Origin: Seison nebaliae
Lineage: Eukaryota
Reading direction: 5' to 3'
Length of the DNA: 64,000 nt
NCBI GenBank assembly: GCA_023231475.1
Contig: JALJEE010002631.1
Location: 1 to 64,000, forward strand
A program made the position numbers and the translations under genes. Positions 39,201 through 50,811 of this stretch are shown one piece after another (position 1 is the stretch's first letter; each line of letters starts with the position of its first letter). The notes under the pieces were generated by a model, which saw only the letters and a program-made list of their open reading frames with translations, had not been told where the DNA came from and searched no databases.

Positions 39201-40671
39201 GAAAATTCAATTCTTCTAATTCACCAGACATCGGTTGGAAACCTGTATCAGGATTTTCAGCAGTCAATCGACAAGCGATTACATGTGTATGATCGGATTT
39301 CTTATCTAATTCAACATCTTCCAAAACACTTCCTTTGAATGGATTCGTATTTTTTGAGAATAATCTATAAATATCCGAAATATTTCCCAATGGAATTCCC
39401 ATGGCAACCATCAATTGACAGGCAGGTAAATTGACACCACTAATCGCTTCCGTACATGGATGTTCCACTTGTAATCGTGGATTCAATTCAAGAAAACAAT
39501 ATTTCTTCGTTGCACTATCATATAAATATTCTACTGTTCCTGCATTCGAATAATTCACAGCAACAGCTAAATCCACAGCATTTTTTTCCATTTCTTTACG
39601 AATAGAAATTGGAGCAATAATTGCTGGTGCTTCCTCAATAATCTTTTGATGACGTCGTTGAACGGAACAATCACGACCAAATAACGATACAATATTTCCA
39701 TGAGCATCACCTAATAATTGCACTTCTAAATGACGACAATTTGATGCTAATTTCATGAGAAAGATTGGAGAGGCAGGAACTTCTTGCATCACCTGTCGGA
39801 ATTGTTGAAGGAAATCAGAAGATTTTTGACATAATCTTATTCCTTTTCCCCCACCACCTTCACTCGCTTTAATCATTAATGGAAAACCAATCTTTTCTGC
39901 TTTATTCATAATGTCATTATCATTAATATTGACACAAGCCGATTGAAAAATATCATCAGGAACGGTCGAATTCTTCAAATCGATATCTTTCGGTAACTGG
40001 ATACCAGAACCGCTCCATGGTACTGTTGGAACATTGACTGATTGTGCGATAATCGTCGAAGCGATCTTATCACCTAACGCCCACATCGCTCGTTGATGTG
40101 GTCCACAAAATATAATTCCATTATTTTGTAATAATTCTGGTAATTTTGGATTTTCGGAAGCGTGTCCCCATCCCGCCCAAACTGCATCAGCCTTCTCTCG
40201 AAGTGCAATATTAACAATCAATTCGACATTCGCATAATTATTATTGTTGGAACCGGATGGAACGGCTACCGTAACGTCAGCTAATCGAATATATTGAGCA
40301 TTGGCATTCAAATCTTCTGGTGTGTACATTACAATGATTGTCAAATTCTTCTCATTATAAAATGTGCGTAATGCCCATTGTCTCAATGACTTGATTGCTT
40401 TCACTGCGGCCAATCCATTATTGGCAATCAATAACCGTTTAATCGGTTTAGTTCCATTATGATATTCTACAAATTCTTCAACCGAATTCCATTTGTTCTT
40501 ATATTCTCCTTTCGCCTTCTTCTTCTTTTCCATTTCCTCATTCTTAAATTGTTCATTGATCACATACGCTGGTTCCACCAACATTTTCCCCTCATTATCT
40601 GGAACTTCTCCATTCCACAACTTCTCACTATTCACCTTTCTCCTAACCATTCTTCCTTTAATTCGTCTCAC
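33205..40671 (-). CDS. ACC: Acetyl-CoA carboxylase (BC-BT-BCCP-central-CT); essentially one 7.4-kb exon, true start uncertain
   Basis: LLIANNGLAAVK, AVWAGWGHASENP, KASEGGGGKG, RDCSVQRRHQK, biotinylation motif EVMKM, SANSGARIG and ANWRGFSGG. Confidence 0.97.
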   Translation of the reverse strand: MRRIKGRMVRRKVNSEKLWNGEVPDNEGKMLVEPAYVINEQFKNEEMEKKKKAKGEYKNKWNSVEEFVEYHNGTKPIKRLLIANNGLAAVKAIKSLRQWALRTFYNEKNLTIIVMYTPEDLNANAQYIRLADVTVAVPSGSNNNNYANVELIVNIALREKADAVWAGWGHASENPKLPELLQNNGIIFCGPHQRAMWALGDKIASTIIAQSVNVPTVPWSGSGIQLPKDIDLKNSTVPDDIFQSACVNINDNDIMNKAEKIGFPLMIKASEGGGGKGIRLCQKSSDFLQQFRQVMQEVPASPIFLMKLASNCRHLEVQLLGDAHGNIVSLFGRDCSVQRRHQKIIEEAPAIIAPISIRKEMEKNAVDLAVAVNYSNAGTVEYLYDSATKKYCFLELNPRLQVEHPCTEAISGVNLPACQLMVAMGIPLGNISDIYRLFSKNTNPFKGSVLEDVELDKKSDHTHVIACRLTAENPDTGFQPMSGELEELNFRSSPNAWAYFSIGVSGSIHEYADSQFGHCFAFGHTRDEARLNMILTLKQISIRSQFRHTVPYLIYLLQHEEFKDLNIHTGWLDKLLVNTKKLTYTTLTNTLLQRASIAALHVGMKRAEIAKQTFTKSLERGQLHSSLAALASSHMIDLIGDGKKFAIRVTCTGPHSYFLVMNHSFIEIDARNMSDGSLLVKWENRSYSTFLHEDEQKYTLSINNEISIFEKENDPTIMRSPTAGKLIQYLVEDNAHVFQNDAYCEIEVMKMIMEVRATASGLVKYVKRPGAILETGSIIATLQLDDVGKIQQAEIFTGSFPNATIKSIFDEEIDDESLMKNIDLHLHIKSAIDILENILDGHSYPERYVEDKIVCTIEDLMIGLKNPSLPLLELRELMAISAGRLPNVLENAIKQLLAVYHSNLTSVLVQFPADKILQCIEQYMKMAFNSDRRTTSTSTEISNDSNESSSTTSSLSLNNIQDKQTKNEELQFMQLIKPIMELADRYRNGIQGHTVQVIRQFIQKYLSIEEKFQNNNFEKSVEFIRLSDIPSDELTKMLFSHSNLLNKNLLIVHLLNQLISMVPSRTDDFTPLLLRLTQMTSPKHSRVALRARQILIMMQLPPYEQRHNQMESIFLSAINSYGQTPCEETLKKLIVSETSLYDVLQDFFFHSNIRVRQAALEVYVRRSYIAYELHSIHHHLSMIISEADKQGQRQFNDENRSIISQRQKLRTESICSESLLEKNRENEFIMTEFKLRLPESHPHHIRRNESSHRRLASLGGMRSHDIIDDPVSVNNNNNSNNNLTTSNSNGDGSDNFSLFNIQQSSLIFQRKGIIAAFPSLDTMIDNFETTLQKFSIKQSSTLMGENSLSAISTQTDNHLNHHSGSQLSLALSDRDEPMNLLHICIRAMTSNELRNSDNDWSSILQQFIKGRKQLLNDANIRRVTFIIAKMRQFPLYFTFRARDHFVEDRIYRHLEPALAFQLEISRLRNFDLEAIQTTNHKIHLYMGKAKKKPLTDIRFFARSIVRNRDLLTKEASFEYIRSEAERTLLEAMDELDLAFTHPEARKSDYNHIFMCFVPTVSLDESYLQETVKNMILTYGPRIWKLRILHAELKFCIRDGNGMRPIRCYVKNDNGIRISLSMYDELTDETTGQTIFSALNKNRLGVLHNKPINTPYEIKDDYQQRRFQANKLDTTFVKDFPEMFRNVNLSRWRIYSIVTGCSLSSSMSFHAFSCKSLILRKKEDVEIGKKNFDVDDYLMVPVDVNDEEALNQKIGMVAWLMNMKTPEAPNGRQIIVIANDITYQIGSFGTLEDILYLKASQLARSMRIPRIYISANSGARIGLSESMKSKFHICWRNEQNPDEGFDYLYLEEEEYEELVKLDELDTLNLELIELSDDKKRYKIKSIIGKEKDLGVENLSGSGLIAGETMRAYEEIPTISLVTCRAIGIGAYIVRLSERIIQTDSSHIILTGAAALNKVLGDEVYTSNSQLGGIQIMHNNGVTHTVVLNDYEGVLQLLVWLSYVPCRMSDICCPLLSINDPINRKVNYIPSSNSTYDSRWLLAGKTKADECSFCNQVNSDVYPISSEYAYLSLFNQEQQTGNGKTDQPFQSIQSGFFDRNSFVEIMKIWARTVIVGRARLGGIPCGVISVEVRTVKKSIPADPANSNSEASIIQQAGQVWYPDSAFKTAQSLKDFQREKLPIFIFANWRGFSGGMKDMYDQVLKFGAMIVEALVEYTQPIFIYLPPYSEVRGGAWAVIDSTINKRYMEMYADPTARAGVLEPEGTVEIKYREKDLVKTMARLDRVCSSFKQDIEQLQNSINIVDDDQKKKMLNKRLEEKKNQLQMREINLMSSYRQAAVRFADLHDSADRMLSKKVIRKIVDWKNSRQFFYYRLKRLQLEQSIIDLIVEKNETYNSSDWNTIRLKLKELYKNENFDDNDKEVDEWYLEQIDLEDHQIIGIKSESSLQQLIRSEAKDEELLENLKELVGRLKNEKNENFELQLKNLLNELN

Positions 40672-40928
40672 TAGAAATGGTGTTAAACTAATTATCTATG
40701 AGACAAATGTAAATTTTTATGGGAAAAAAAATTATTAATTTTCAGTTCTATTATCATCATATATGACCAAAGAACGAGAAATAACGAGATATCAAAAAAT
40801 ATTTCAATTAACACTTATAGAATAATCTGATGATATTTTGTAGAAAAAAGATGTTAAAATGATGTGACTGTCTCTATGTGTATATGTCCGTAGTTACGTG
40901 TGCATGTATGAGAGAAAAAGGAAAAAAT

Positions 40929-40958
40929 AGAGAAAGAAAGAGAGAGAGAGAGAGAGAG
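40929..40958. repeat. (GA)n microsatellite upstream of ACC
   Basis: AGAGAAAGAAAGAGAGAGAGAGAGAGAGAG. Confidence 0.8.
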
Positions 40959-41858
40959 TAATAATAAGACACACTCATTAATTTGTGTTAAAAAGACGTT
41001 ATAGAATTGGGAAAGTACAATCAGCAGAAATTGAACAACTTCATTTTTTTTTGGAGTATATAAAATTGAAGTATATGGCGACAGATGGAACCACTTTAAA
41101 CTATTATTACGCTTTGATCAATATTTTTAAAATTATCCTCAATTGCACTTTCTCCCCATTTACCGGTATTCTAAAAGAAGAAAACTTTGGCGTAATGCAA
41201 TGTTACATCGAACGACTTCCACCATTTCTCAATAAATAATAATTAATTGTTAATTATTAATATACATATAATCAATAATCATACAATTCTCATTTTAGTA
41301 GATATCGTTGGAGCTAAAACGACAACTTTCCCCAAATTCGAATCTTATCGTTTCTCCCATCAATTAATAAGTTTTTCTTCTTTCTATTTAAACAAAAGTT
41401 ATACATTTAGTTTTATTAATTTTATGTATAGTTGTCTTAAAACTCACCAAAATCATATGTATGTCAAAATTTTTCAATTTAATTTACGTTTAAGTTAGTT
41501 TCCGTCAAATAATTTCCATGTTCTTTATCGATTCACTAAAGCGATATTCGATATTAAATTTAGTTTACTCACATTCTCGAATTACGAAATAAATGAATAG
41601 TTCGATTAAATTAACATATGAAACTTGTTGAAACTTAAAATAGTCGATTGACGTTGTAAATCTTTCCTTTCTTAAAATAATTATAACTATTCTTATTTTT
41701 TTTGGTCTTTTCTGATTCTACATCAAAAATGTTCTAAAGAAGTTTTAAAATTTTATAGGTTATCTTTCTTTTTAGAAGATTATAAATATTAATAAAACAT
41801 TTCCATCTATTTTTTTAAATTGTCTAATATAACTATAAATTCGAATTCATTATTTCTC

Positions 41859-42726
41859 TTATTTATTATTTTTTCTTGTTACTAATGTAGTACCATCTCC
41901 GACGTTCAATTGAGCCATATCGACACGTTCATCTGATTGCAATTTCTTGTTCAAACGTTTTATTGCCAACACTTCACTTTTTATAGTTTCGGGCAATTTA
42001 TCTTCATCCATCATAATCATTCCAAATGCAAATGTCTATAATAAAGAAATTCATAAGAATATTAAGTGAAAATATGAGAAACATTGTCGACTGCTATAAT
42101 GCCACCAGGTCGAATGAGTATTAAGGACGCCTCGTAATACTTCTCGTAATTTTGCTTATCAGCATCAATAAATATGAAGTCGAATGTTCCCAATTCTTCT
42201 GGTTGTTTACATAACTCGTCTAATAAGGAAACTGATTATTCAGATGTGAAATATGAAATTTTAACCAATATATTCGATTGCCGGTTTGATGATTGATACA
42301 ATTTTGTCTTCGGTTCGACTCTTGTGCCAACAATCACGTCCAACGTCCACAAATTTGGGAGATATGTCTAACGTATACACTTTCCCATCATCTTCCATGG
42401 CCATGGCCATTGACATGGCTGTGTAGCCGGTGAATGTTCCAATTTCAAGAACCTTCTTCGCTCTCATGGATTTGAGAAGAACTTGGAACATTTGAACTTC
42501 TTCCAATGCTCCCAGCATGATTGAAGCACGACCTAATTCATACGTTTTCTATTTTTATAGAATTAAAGACGTTTTTTTTATATCAAATTTAAAGAAAACT
42601 AACCTGAATTAATTCCTGTTGAACGGATGTCAGGCGTAGTGAATTGTTCTTAATGTATTTGAGAAGTGGATTGGAACTATCTTGAATTTTATCTTCGAAA
42701 GGTGTTTCACTTTTTCCATGATTCAT
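41859..42726 (-). CDS. Class I SAM-dependent O-methyltransferase (COMTD1/caffeoyl-CoA OMT family), 4 exons
   Basis: [48 protein letters not shown] and [17 protein letters not shown]. Confidence 0.92.
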
Positions 42727-43168
42727 TATTTATTCGTTTTAATTCTTAACAACCAAAAATTTAATAAAATTTCTTTATCTTTTCCACTACAATTATAAAA
42801 TATTCGGTAAATATAAGAACTCTACATTCAGTAGGATAAACATGTCAAGGTTAAAATTCGTCAACTTGGTGATTTAACATCGTGTGAATAACAATCAAAT
42901 ATTATACATTTGCTTACTTTACATTTCAGTTTGTCGAAACACGTTTTGTTTGACGAAGTTGAATTGAGATGATGAATGGTTAGTAAAAAATTATTCCAAT
43001 TCCATAAATGGAGGAAGAAAGTTCTAAATTTGATAACGTGGTGTGAATATAATCAGAAGATAATTATTTTAAAATTATAAAGAGGAAGGAAGCATTATAA
43101 GTATAAACAGAAGAAACTTTCTGCAGGAAATAAGAAGACTGAGAACTGACTGAGAATGGATAAAAAAA

Positions 43169-44083
43169 ATGCGCTCAATTTGTTTTCTTCTTTTACCTCT
43201 CCAAATTTTTTGTTATTCCATTTATTCTATTCTCATTCATTTGGCTGCTGATAATGGACGATTTCTATTCAATCCTTTTATCATGAATCTGGTTGTGGAA
43301 AGTGGCAAATTGACTGTCTGTCTAATTGCCATGATCATGGGAATGATTAAAACTAAAACAGATTTCGGGAAAACTATTCGAAATGTAAATTATCGAGAAC
43401 ATTTAACCACTTCACTCTATTACTTTCCACCTGCCTTCTGTTATTACATCAATAATAACTTAGCGGTTTACATGCAGAAGATGATGGATGCTGCCACTTA
43501 CCAATTACAATCAAATCTGAAAATTTTGACAACTGCAATCTGCTATCAATTGATATTAAGAAAGAAATTGACTAGAAAAGAATGGTTTTCATTAATTCTT
43601 TTGTTTCTAGCGACGACATATCATTCCGCATCTCATTTCAATAACAAAGATGACCATTCATTCCATATTAATTTAACGGGCATTATATTCATTATCATCT
43701 ATTCGACTATATCGGGAATAGCTGGAACTTATACGGAATACATTTTAAAGAAGAATAGAAATATTAATATCTTTTTACAAAATATTTATTTATACATATT
43801 TGGAATTCTATGTAATTCGGGTACTATTCTTTCTACTTCTTCCATCCAATTCAAAGACTTCAACTTTTACGTTCGAGTTATAATCATCACTCAAATATTC
43901 AGTGGAATTGTCATGTCGCTAATCTTCAAATATAGTAATAATATAGTTCGATTGTTCGTCATCGGAATCGCCACTATTCTCAATTCATTTCTCACAATCG
44001 TTGTCTTTAATTATCCGTTGGAAGCAGCACATTTCATCTCTCTCGCTGGAATTACATCTTCACTTTTCATCTTTTATTTATAA
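43169..44083 (+). CDS. Nucleotide-sugar transporter, SLC35A family (SLC35A4-like); intronless
   Basis: Multi-TM protein with PAFCYYINNNL, MDAATYQLQSNLKILTTA, SGIAGTYTEYILK and QNIYLYIFG. Confidence 0.9.
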   Translation: MRSICFLLLPLQIFCYSIYSILIHLAADNGRFLFNPFIMNLVVESGKLTVCLIAMIMGMIKTKTDFGKTIRNVNYREHLTTSLYYFPPAFCYYINNNLAVYMQKMMDAATYQLQSNLKILTTAICYQLILRKKLTRKEWFSLILLFLATTYHSASHFNNKDDHSFHINLTGIIFIIIYSTISGIAGTYTEYILKKNRNINIFLQNIYLYIFGILCNSGTILSTSSIQFKDFNFYVRVIIITQIFSGIVMSLIFKYSNNIVRLFVIGIATILNSFLTIVVFNYPLEAAHFISLAGITSSLFIFYL

Positions 44084-44480
44084 ACATTCATTTCTTCTCA
44101 TAAGCAATATTGGAGTTCATGTTATTTTAATTTTAATTCGCTTCATTTTTTTTGAAAAGTTCAACCATTTTATTTCTACTTTTGTTTAAATAGACAGAAT
44201 AAACTCATTTGAAATTATCAACATGATAAACAACTAACATTGTAAGAAAAAATTTCATGAAATGAATGAATAGTTTGTGAAAGACTATTGGAAAATTTAA
44301 TTTATTTTTAAATAAACATTTTGTGTGAATATGTGACATGAAGAAAGAAATATTTTCACTTTTTTTTGTGTATATGTAAAAGAAGACCAAGAAATAAGTT
44401 GATGTTCAAACAAACATGAACGACCATTGAACAAAATATTTCGTGTAAGGAGAAATAAAATTTATAAGGTTATTATGTGA

Positions 44481-46016
44481 TCAGTTCTTCCTGGGCATTT
44501 CTTCGAACTCTTTATCAATTTGTTCCACATCATCCAAATGATCATTGTTAAATTCTTGAAAGTTCATCAGACTTTTAGAACCTGATACTTTTTGCTAAGG
44601 GAAGTTTATTTCCAAAATAATAGAGAAATTGACAGACCTTGACATTCGTGAAAGTCGATCCAAAATTTTTCATAACCGATGAATTCCTGATGGAGTAAAT
44701 AAGAACCGAGATTATGATAGAACAGAAATAAAATAATTTTCAAAAACGGAAAAAAATTAAAGAAAAAATTGAAGATGATGAAGAAGAAAATGAATAAATT
44801 TATTTCTTTTTTTCAAATGAACATTTATTATCTCATTGACTTAAGAATGATTAAAAAGCGATTATTATTATTATTATTATTATTATTATAGACCGATCTA
44901 TTACGATATACCGACGAATTCCTTCATCTATAATTCTGTTTCCCACTTACTTTTATGATGAGATCCTGCCTAAATATTTAACGAATTAGAATTTTATATA
45001 AATTCATTCCTTCAAACAAACAAACATATATCAAGCCCATTATTAATATTAATCGACTGTTGTTAACTAAAGGGAATTAGCACATCTCACAACGAAGTTA
45101 TTTCTTTATATGTTATTCTTGAATACGCAATAGATGGAATGGCAGAAAAAAAGTGTTTGAAGAAAAGAAAATGGGAAAGAATTATTCGAATTAAAACTTA
45201 CCATTGGGAAGAAATAGTTCTAATAAATTGCCAATAATCGATAGATTAATAATAATCAACGAGAAGATGTAATTGAAGAATTGTTTAAATTAATACAATA
45301 AAATAAAATTAAATATATACGAACCCTAAAGTTCCAATTTTTTTACCTAATGTTTGGAATGCCGGTGTTATTTTGTCTGTTGCAGTTTTTAAACCTTCCG
45401 CCGTTTTCTGATACCTAAAATTTTTCAGTTAGATAAAGTTGAAGAAGAGTAATAATAAATCGAACGCCACACTACTTTGCAACGTTTTAAATTGATCTTG
45501 CATCTGTGCTTGAATCTCATCCAGAGCAGTTATTCCTAATTTGGCTTTGATTTCTGATTCTTCGCGAACTTTCACTTGTAGAACGTGTCGTAATGTTCCG
45601 ATTTCGTCTTGTATCTATTTCATATTTGGAAAATTATTAAATTAATTGAAATGAATGAACTCGATTCAAATCATTTTTTAGAGTTTCAATTTCTTGTTCC
45701 GATAATTGTGGTTCGACCGTTTCTTCAGTATGAATTTCTTTCGCAATTGGATTTTCTTCATCTAATCGATTTGATGAAATAATATGAATTCAATGGAATA
45801 GATGATAAAGCAACCATTAATGAGATTAGTATCTTCTAATTTGGTTCGTGCAAATGGTACTGGCATTACTAAACACCGAAATGAAAATGATGTTAGTCGG
45901 TTAATTGGATATTTGGATTAAATTAGAATAAATAAAGACATTTTTGAGTGAAGCAGAAAAAGGAAGGAAAATTACTTACTTCGAGTTTTATCGCCAGAAT
46001 CGTTACTGCCATTCAT
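44481..46016 (-). CDS. TPD52: Tumor protein D52 family member; multi-exon with 18-nt microexon
   Basis: IQDEIGTLRHVLQVKVREESEIKAKLGITALDEIQ (D52 coiled coil), YQKTAEGLKTATDKITPAFQTLGKKIGTL and NSSVMKNFGSTFTNVK. Confidence 0.8.
44861..44890. repeat. (ATT)n microsatellite within TPD52 intron
   Basis: Run of ATT units. Confidence 0.8.
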
Positions 46017-47450
46017 TGTGAAAAGACGGAGATGTAATGAAATTAAATAGAAATTGTCTAATGGAGAAAAGGAATTGAGGGGAATAATCTCATTATTTTT
46101 AAAGAATATTTACTATCGAAGGAAATAGCCTTCAACTATCAGATGTCTTGAAGGGAATGGAGAAGGAAAAAAAACCATCAACCATCAACTATCTATCGTC
46201 TTAAGTAAACTTATCGAATGAGAATAAGTTAAACATTTAATTATCTTCTTATAGATGAATAGAGATATTCACTTATTAAATCGACCATTAAATTAATTTA
46301 TTATAATCAATATAATTACAATACGAGAAATGCGTGAATAATCAGTGAATGAATGCACGATTTCCATGATCGATGAAATATTTAAAGAATAGAATAATTG
46401 AATCTTTTGATAGAAATGTTTGTATGATGATACTAGAACAACTATTGGTCCATGTGTCAAATGATGAGTGTTGAGATTTCGTTCGAAATAACATCTTTAT
46501 TTTCTTTTCTCTTGACGTTTTAATAAAATTTATTTTAATATCTAATTAACTTATAACTAATAATTCGTCCATTTCACATTCAACCTCATCTTCTTCTCGA
46601 TAAATTCCTGGCTTTCAATAATCTATCTGTTAATATTTATTGCACATTATTACGTTTTCTTTCAAATTTTCTTTACATATTGCATTACATATGTTTCTTT
46701 TAATTGTATTAATAAACTATATATTGTTTTTTTTATCGTATTTAACTATTTCCCTTACAAGTATATTATACGTCCGATTACGAAATTGACGACTTCGAAA
46801 GAACAACAGATTCCAACTAAATATTTCCTCCCTAACAAAAAATTTCTGTAAGAAATTGTCACATCATAAATCGACCTTATGTGCAATGTGACAGTTTCCT
46901 CATGGAATGATTTAAGGATATTAAAGAAATTTCATCTAATTAAATATTTTCCAAAGAAAATATTCAATTATTTTTTATTGAATAAATCTGGTTCATAATA
47001 TTATGTGTATCAACATATAAAATAATAATCTTTAAACTTATATTCATGTTCATTCAATCGACGTAATTTAGTTATCCTTAATTGTTTAAATTCAGCAGTT
47101 TCAGAATTATAAAATAATTATTAATAATAATAAATATATCACAATGTATATCAAAGAAGATATCCAGATGACAGTTCACAAGTTTTACTAATTGCAAATA
47201 AAATATGAAAAGATTTAATGACATTCTTCAAATAAGAAACAGGAGATAAAAAGAGAGAAATTTTACATAATTTTATCTTTTGCTCAGATTATACAATTCT
47301 AGAAATCACCAGAATTATCAGATATTGATCAGAAATGAGAAATATATTAAAGAACAATTTTGTAAAAAATTTTAAGTGGAAATATGAAGCGAAGAAAACG
47401 AATAAATAGCTTAGGAATATTTCCCAAATAATTTTAATTTCAAAATAATA

Positions 47451-48489
47451 ATGGGAACACAAAACTCCAAGGTTATTATCTACTTATTCCATCAACTAAT
47501 TTTTTTGCGTTTGTCCAAAAATTTCAGGATGGCATTACAGGCTATCAATCGGGTGACGATGGTCAAATGAGTTTGAAAAGTTGGATAATAAATTTTAAAT
47601 GTCAAATTATTTTCTTGTACTATCTATTCTAATTTCGATGAAATAGTTCACGATAAAAATGTTAGAATTAATGAAAAGATGTTCGACGATTTGATATTTG
47701 TTAAAGGGATGCATGATTCCGGTATATATCCGATACGCTGGTCGAGGGAAGGATGTGGTTGTGTACGGTTCTTGGAATGACTGGCAAGCACCACATCAAC
47801 TAATCAAAAGTGATGCTATGGTGAAAACGGGAGTGGAGGAATACGGTGTTTTCATTACTTTACCACCTGGACGATATGAATATAAATTCAAAGTTGACGG
47901 TGAATGGAGAACTGAATCATCAGCTGTTAATTTCCTTTCGTCGTATTTAATGTAATTCTTATTTCGTGTTCGAATATATAGGAAGTTATCCAAAATTCAG
48001 TTGGTTCAACAAATAACGTGATTGTTATTAGGAAAACAGATGCGGATTTTTCAAGCGCTCTCGATCATGATGGTGGATCGCGTTCCAGTTTGACTTTGGA
48101 CAATTTACATTTCCGTAATGAGATTCCTTCACGTCGTCAATTGGAAAGTTGGTCAACAGAGAACATGAAAGAAGGACGAAGTAAAGGACCACCAATTCTA
48201 CCGTCACATTTATCTGATGTAATTTTAAATAAGAATATGGTGGAGTCGTGTGATCCATGTCTTTTGCCTAAACCCAATCATGCTTTACTCAAACATCTTT
48301 ATGCTCTATCCATTCGAGTTATTATATTATATCATTTTAAATTAAATTTAATTATATTTAATTTAGAGTGGTGTATTAGTTCTATCATGTTCCTATAGAT
48401 ACAAAGACAAATTCGTTACAACAATCTTCTATAAACCTGTTGCACAAATTAATGAACAACAACAACAACAACAACAAGCGAAGTCTTAA
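47451..48489 (+). CDS. PRKAB: AMP-activated protein kinase beta subunit; multi-exon
   Basis: Myristoylation-type start MGTQNSK. Glycogen-binding domain VVVYGSWNDW...LPPGRYEYKFKVDGEW. ASC domain PPILPSHL..VILNK...CDPCLLPKPNHALLKHLYALSIR...RYKDKFVTTIFYKP. Ends in a short polyQ. Confidence 0.93.
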
Positions 48490-48722
48490 AAATATAATTT
48501 ATTTATTTAAAAGTAACAAGGAAAATTTATATACTTTTTTTTAGTGATTTTTTCATCTTGTGCAATAATTCTATTTTTCTATGAGTTTCAATTGTAAAAA
48601 AATTTTGGAATTATTCTGCCGATTTGTTTATGAAAATAAATTTATTTATGCCCAGAAGAAGGAAGAGGTGAATAAATATATTTCCTGTTTGACCTGTATA
48701 AATATTTTTTGTAGTGAGATTT

Positions 48723-50811
48723 TCATTCTTCCAATTCAATGATGATTACACTATCGCTATCTAAAGCATAAAATTGAAGTTTATGATGTTCTTGATCAAG
48801 TGGTAATAAAACCGTTGAATCCTAAAATGAGAATAGTAAAAAATTTAAGTAATAAAGAAAGAAAGGAAACTCTGGAAAATTTCCATTTCAATCCAACATT
48901 CTTTGTTGTCAACAGAGAAATAATTTCTTCGCTTTTGTTCAAGAGAATTGGGACGGAAACATTGAACATTCTCAATAAATATTCATCTTTCTCCAATTTC
49001 TTTCTCTCCGTCCCTAATTTACTTTCTTGGAACTTTTTTAAATAATTCATGAAATATTTTATCATCGTTTGTTTCATTTTGAGGACTAGCATCGTTTCCA
49101 GAAATTTCTTTTTCGTACCTAATGTCATTTGGAATTGTGGAATTTTTAATAGAATGGTAAATTCCAATACTTCGTCGTCTAATGTTCGTAATGATTTGAT
49201 CATTTCCACCAAAGCTTGTTGATCCAATTTATATTGATCGATCAATTCCAACCATCTCGGATGATCATAAAAGAATTTTTCAGCCAACACTTTTTTCGTC
49301 GTACCATCCAATGGCGGTAACGTTTTGCCTCTGGTACTTAACAATAAAATTTCCTTCAAATATCTTCCCATATACGTCGTCAGATAAGTTCGTGCCGCAG
49401 TTGTCTGAAATTGTTTCTCATTGACAAAAGAACCATCAACATTCTCTAACGTTCCGATTCTCGCCGTTATCAAATATGTCGATAATGATTCGTCATTAGT
49501 AATCGGATTATTTTTCAAATGTAAATGTCTGAGATTTTTAATGAATCTCAACGAATTCACACTATGCCAATCAGTTATGTTGTTTGATTTTAAAAATAAT
49601 TCTCTTAATTTCGGAAAAATTATTTCATTCATTTCCACATTGAGTTGGTCGAAGATTTCCGGATAATCTTTCATATATGACGATGACATTCGAATTGATT
49701 GAATATTACAATTCGATAATTTCAAACATTCCAAATTCTGGAACATGTTCAATTTGAGAATTTCATTCCAATCGTTTAATTGTGTTTTCTGCAAATCCAA
49801 CGAATTCAAATGATTGAGAGCGATAATTAATTCATTCAATTTCACTTGTTCAAATAATGGTGACTCGATTAATCGAATGGGATTATGATAAGCGATTAAT
49901 AATTTGATTTTCGGAAATCTCCAAAGAACATGTAACAATTCATGGAAATTGATATTAATCGAACAAAGAATTAATGAGTGTATCGATTCGATTTCATTCA
50001 AATATTTCATATTTCCATCATCATCCGTTTCATAAAGTGTCTCATGCAACAATGGATTACCAGAAATATTCAACAACAATTTCTTACTGGTCAATGTGAG
50101 AATCATATCGAAAATTGTATCCCAATTCCGAATGAAGTTATGAGCAACTTCTAAAGTCTTCAAATTCTCAAATTTATTCAAATTCAATTTACTCAATTGT
50201 AAGAGAACACTTCGACTCGACATATCTAAATTACTTTCCAACATCAATTCCTTCAATTCTCTCCGATTCATTTTCTCCATGTCCTCACATAAACTCTCAC
50301 AATCTTCCGATGAGAATTTATGGAAATCATTCAAATTTAATGCTGACACATTAACGGTTTGAAGATTCCAACAAAACTTCGCCAAACATTTATTGAATTT
50401 CTCCACATTTAACGATTCTCGTTTCTCATTCAAATCATTGAAATCCACGACTAATGCACTCTTATTCATACCCATCTCCTCATTCTGTATCACACTAAAA
50501 TAAACGTTCAATAATGCCACATAAACATTTTTTCCATACACCAAATGTTTCCGTCGAATGAAACTTCCACTTTTTTCAAATCTACACAAAGAAAATTTTT
50601 ATATTCAATTCACTTAATATTCCAACTTTGTTTCGAAATATTTGATACCGTCATGTTCACCAGAATGTTTTCCGTCGCCGTTAAACCAATCGACGCCAAT
50701 CCATTCGCCCTTCAATTTAGGCAGTTGACCTATGAACTTTATCTCTCCAAAAATATTCTTTTCACGATGTTGGACGACATTGCCGATTCTACAACATCTC
50801 AACAAGTCCAT
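48723..50811 (-). CDS. TBCE: Tubulin-specific chaperone E (CAP-Gly + LRR + ubiquitin-like), 3 exons
   Basis: CAP-Gly GEIKFIG...WIGVDW...GKHSGEHDGIKYF, then LRRs, then a C-terminal DQEHHKLQFYALDSDSVIII ubiquitin-like end. Confidence 0.88.

Noticed and set aside
33205..48489. Functional cluster of ACC with its regulator AMPK-beta
   Set aside because: They are separated by three unrelated genes, and proximity is plausible by chance in a gene-dense genome.
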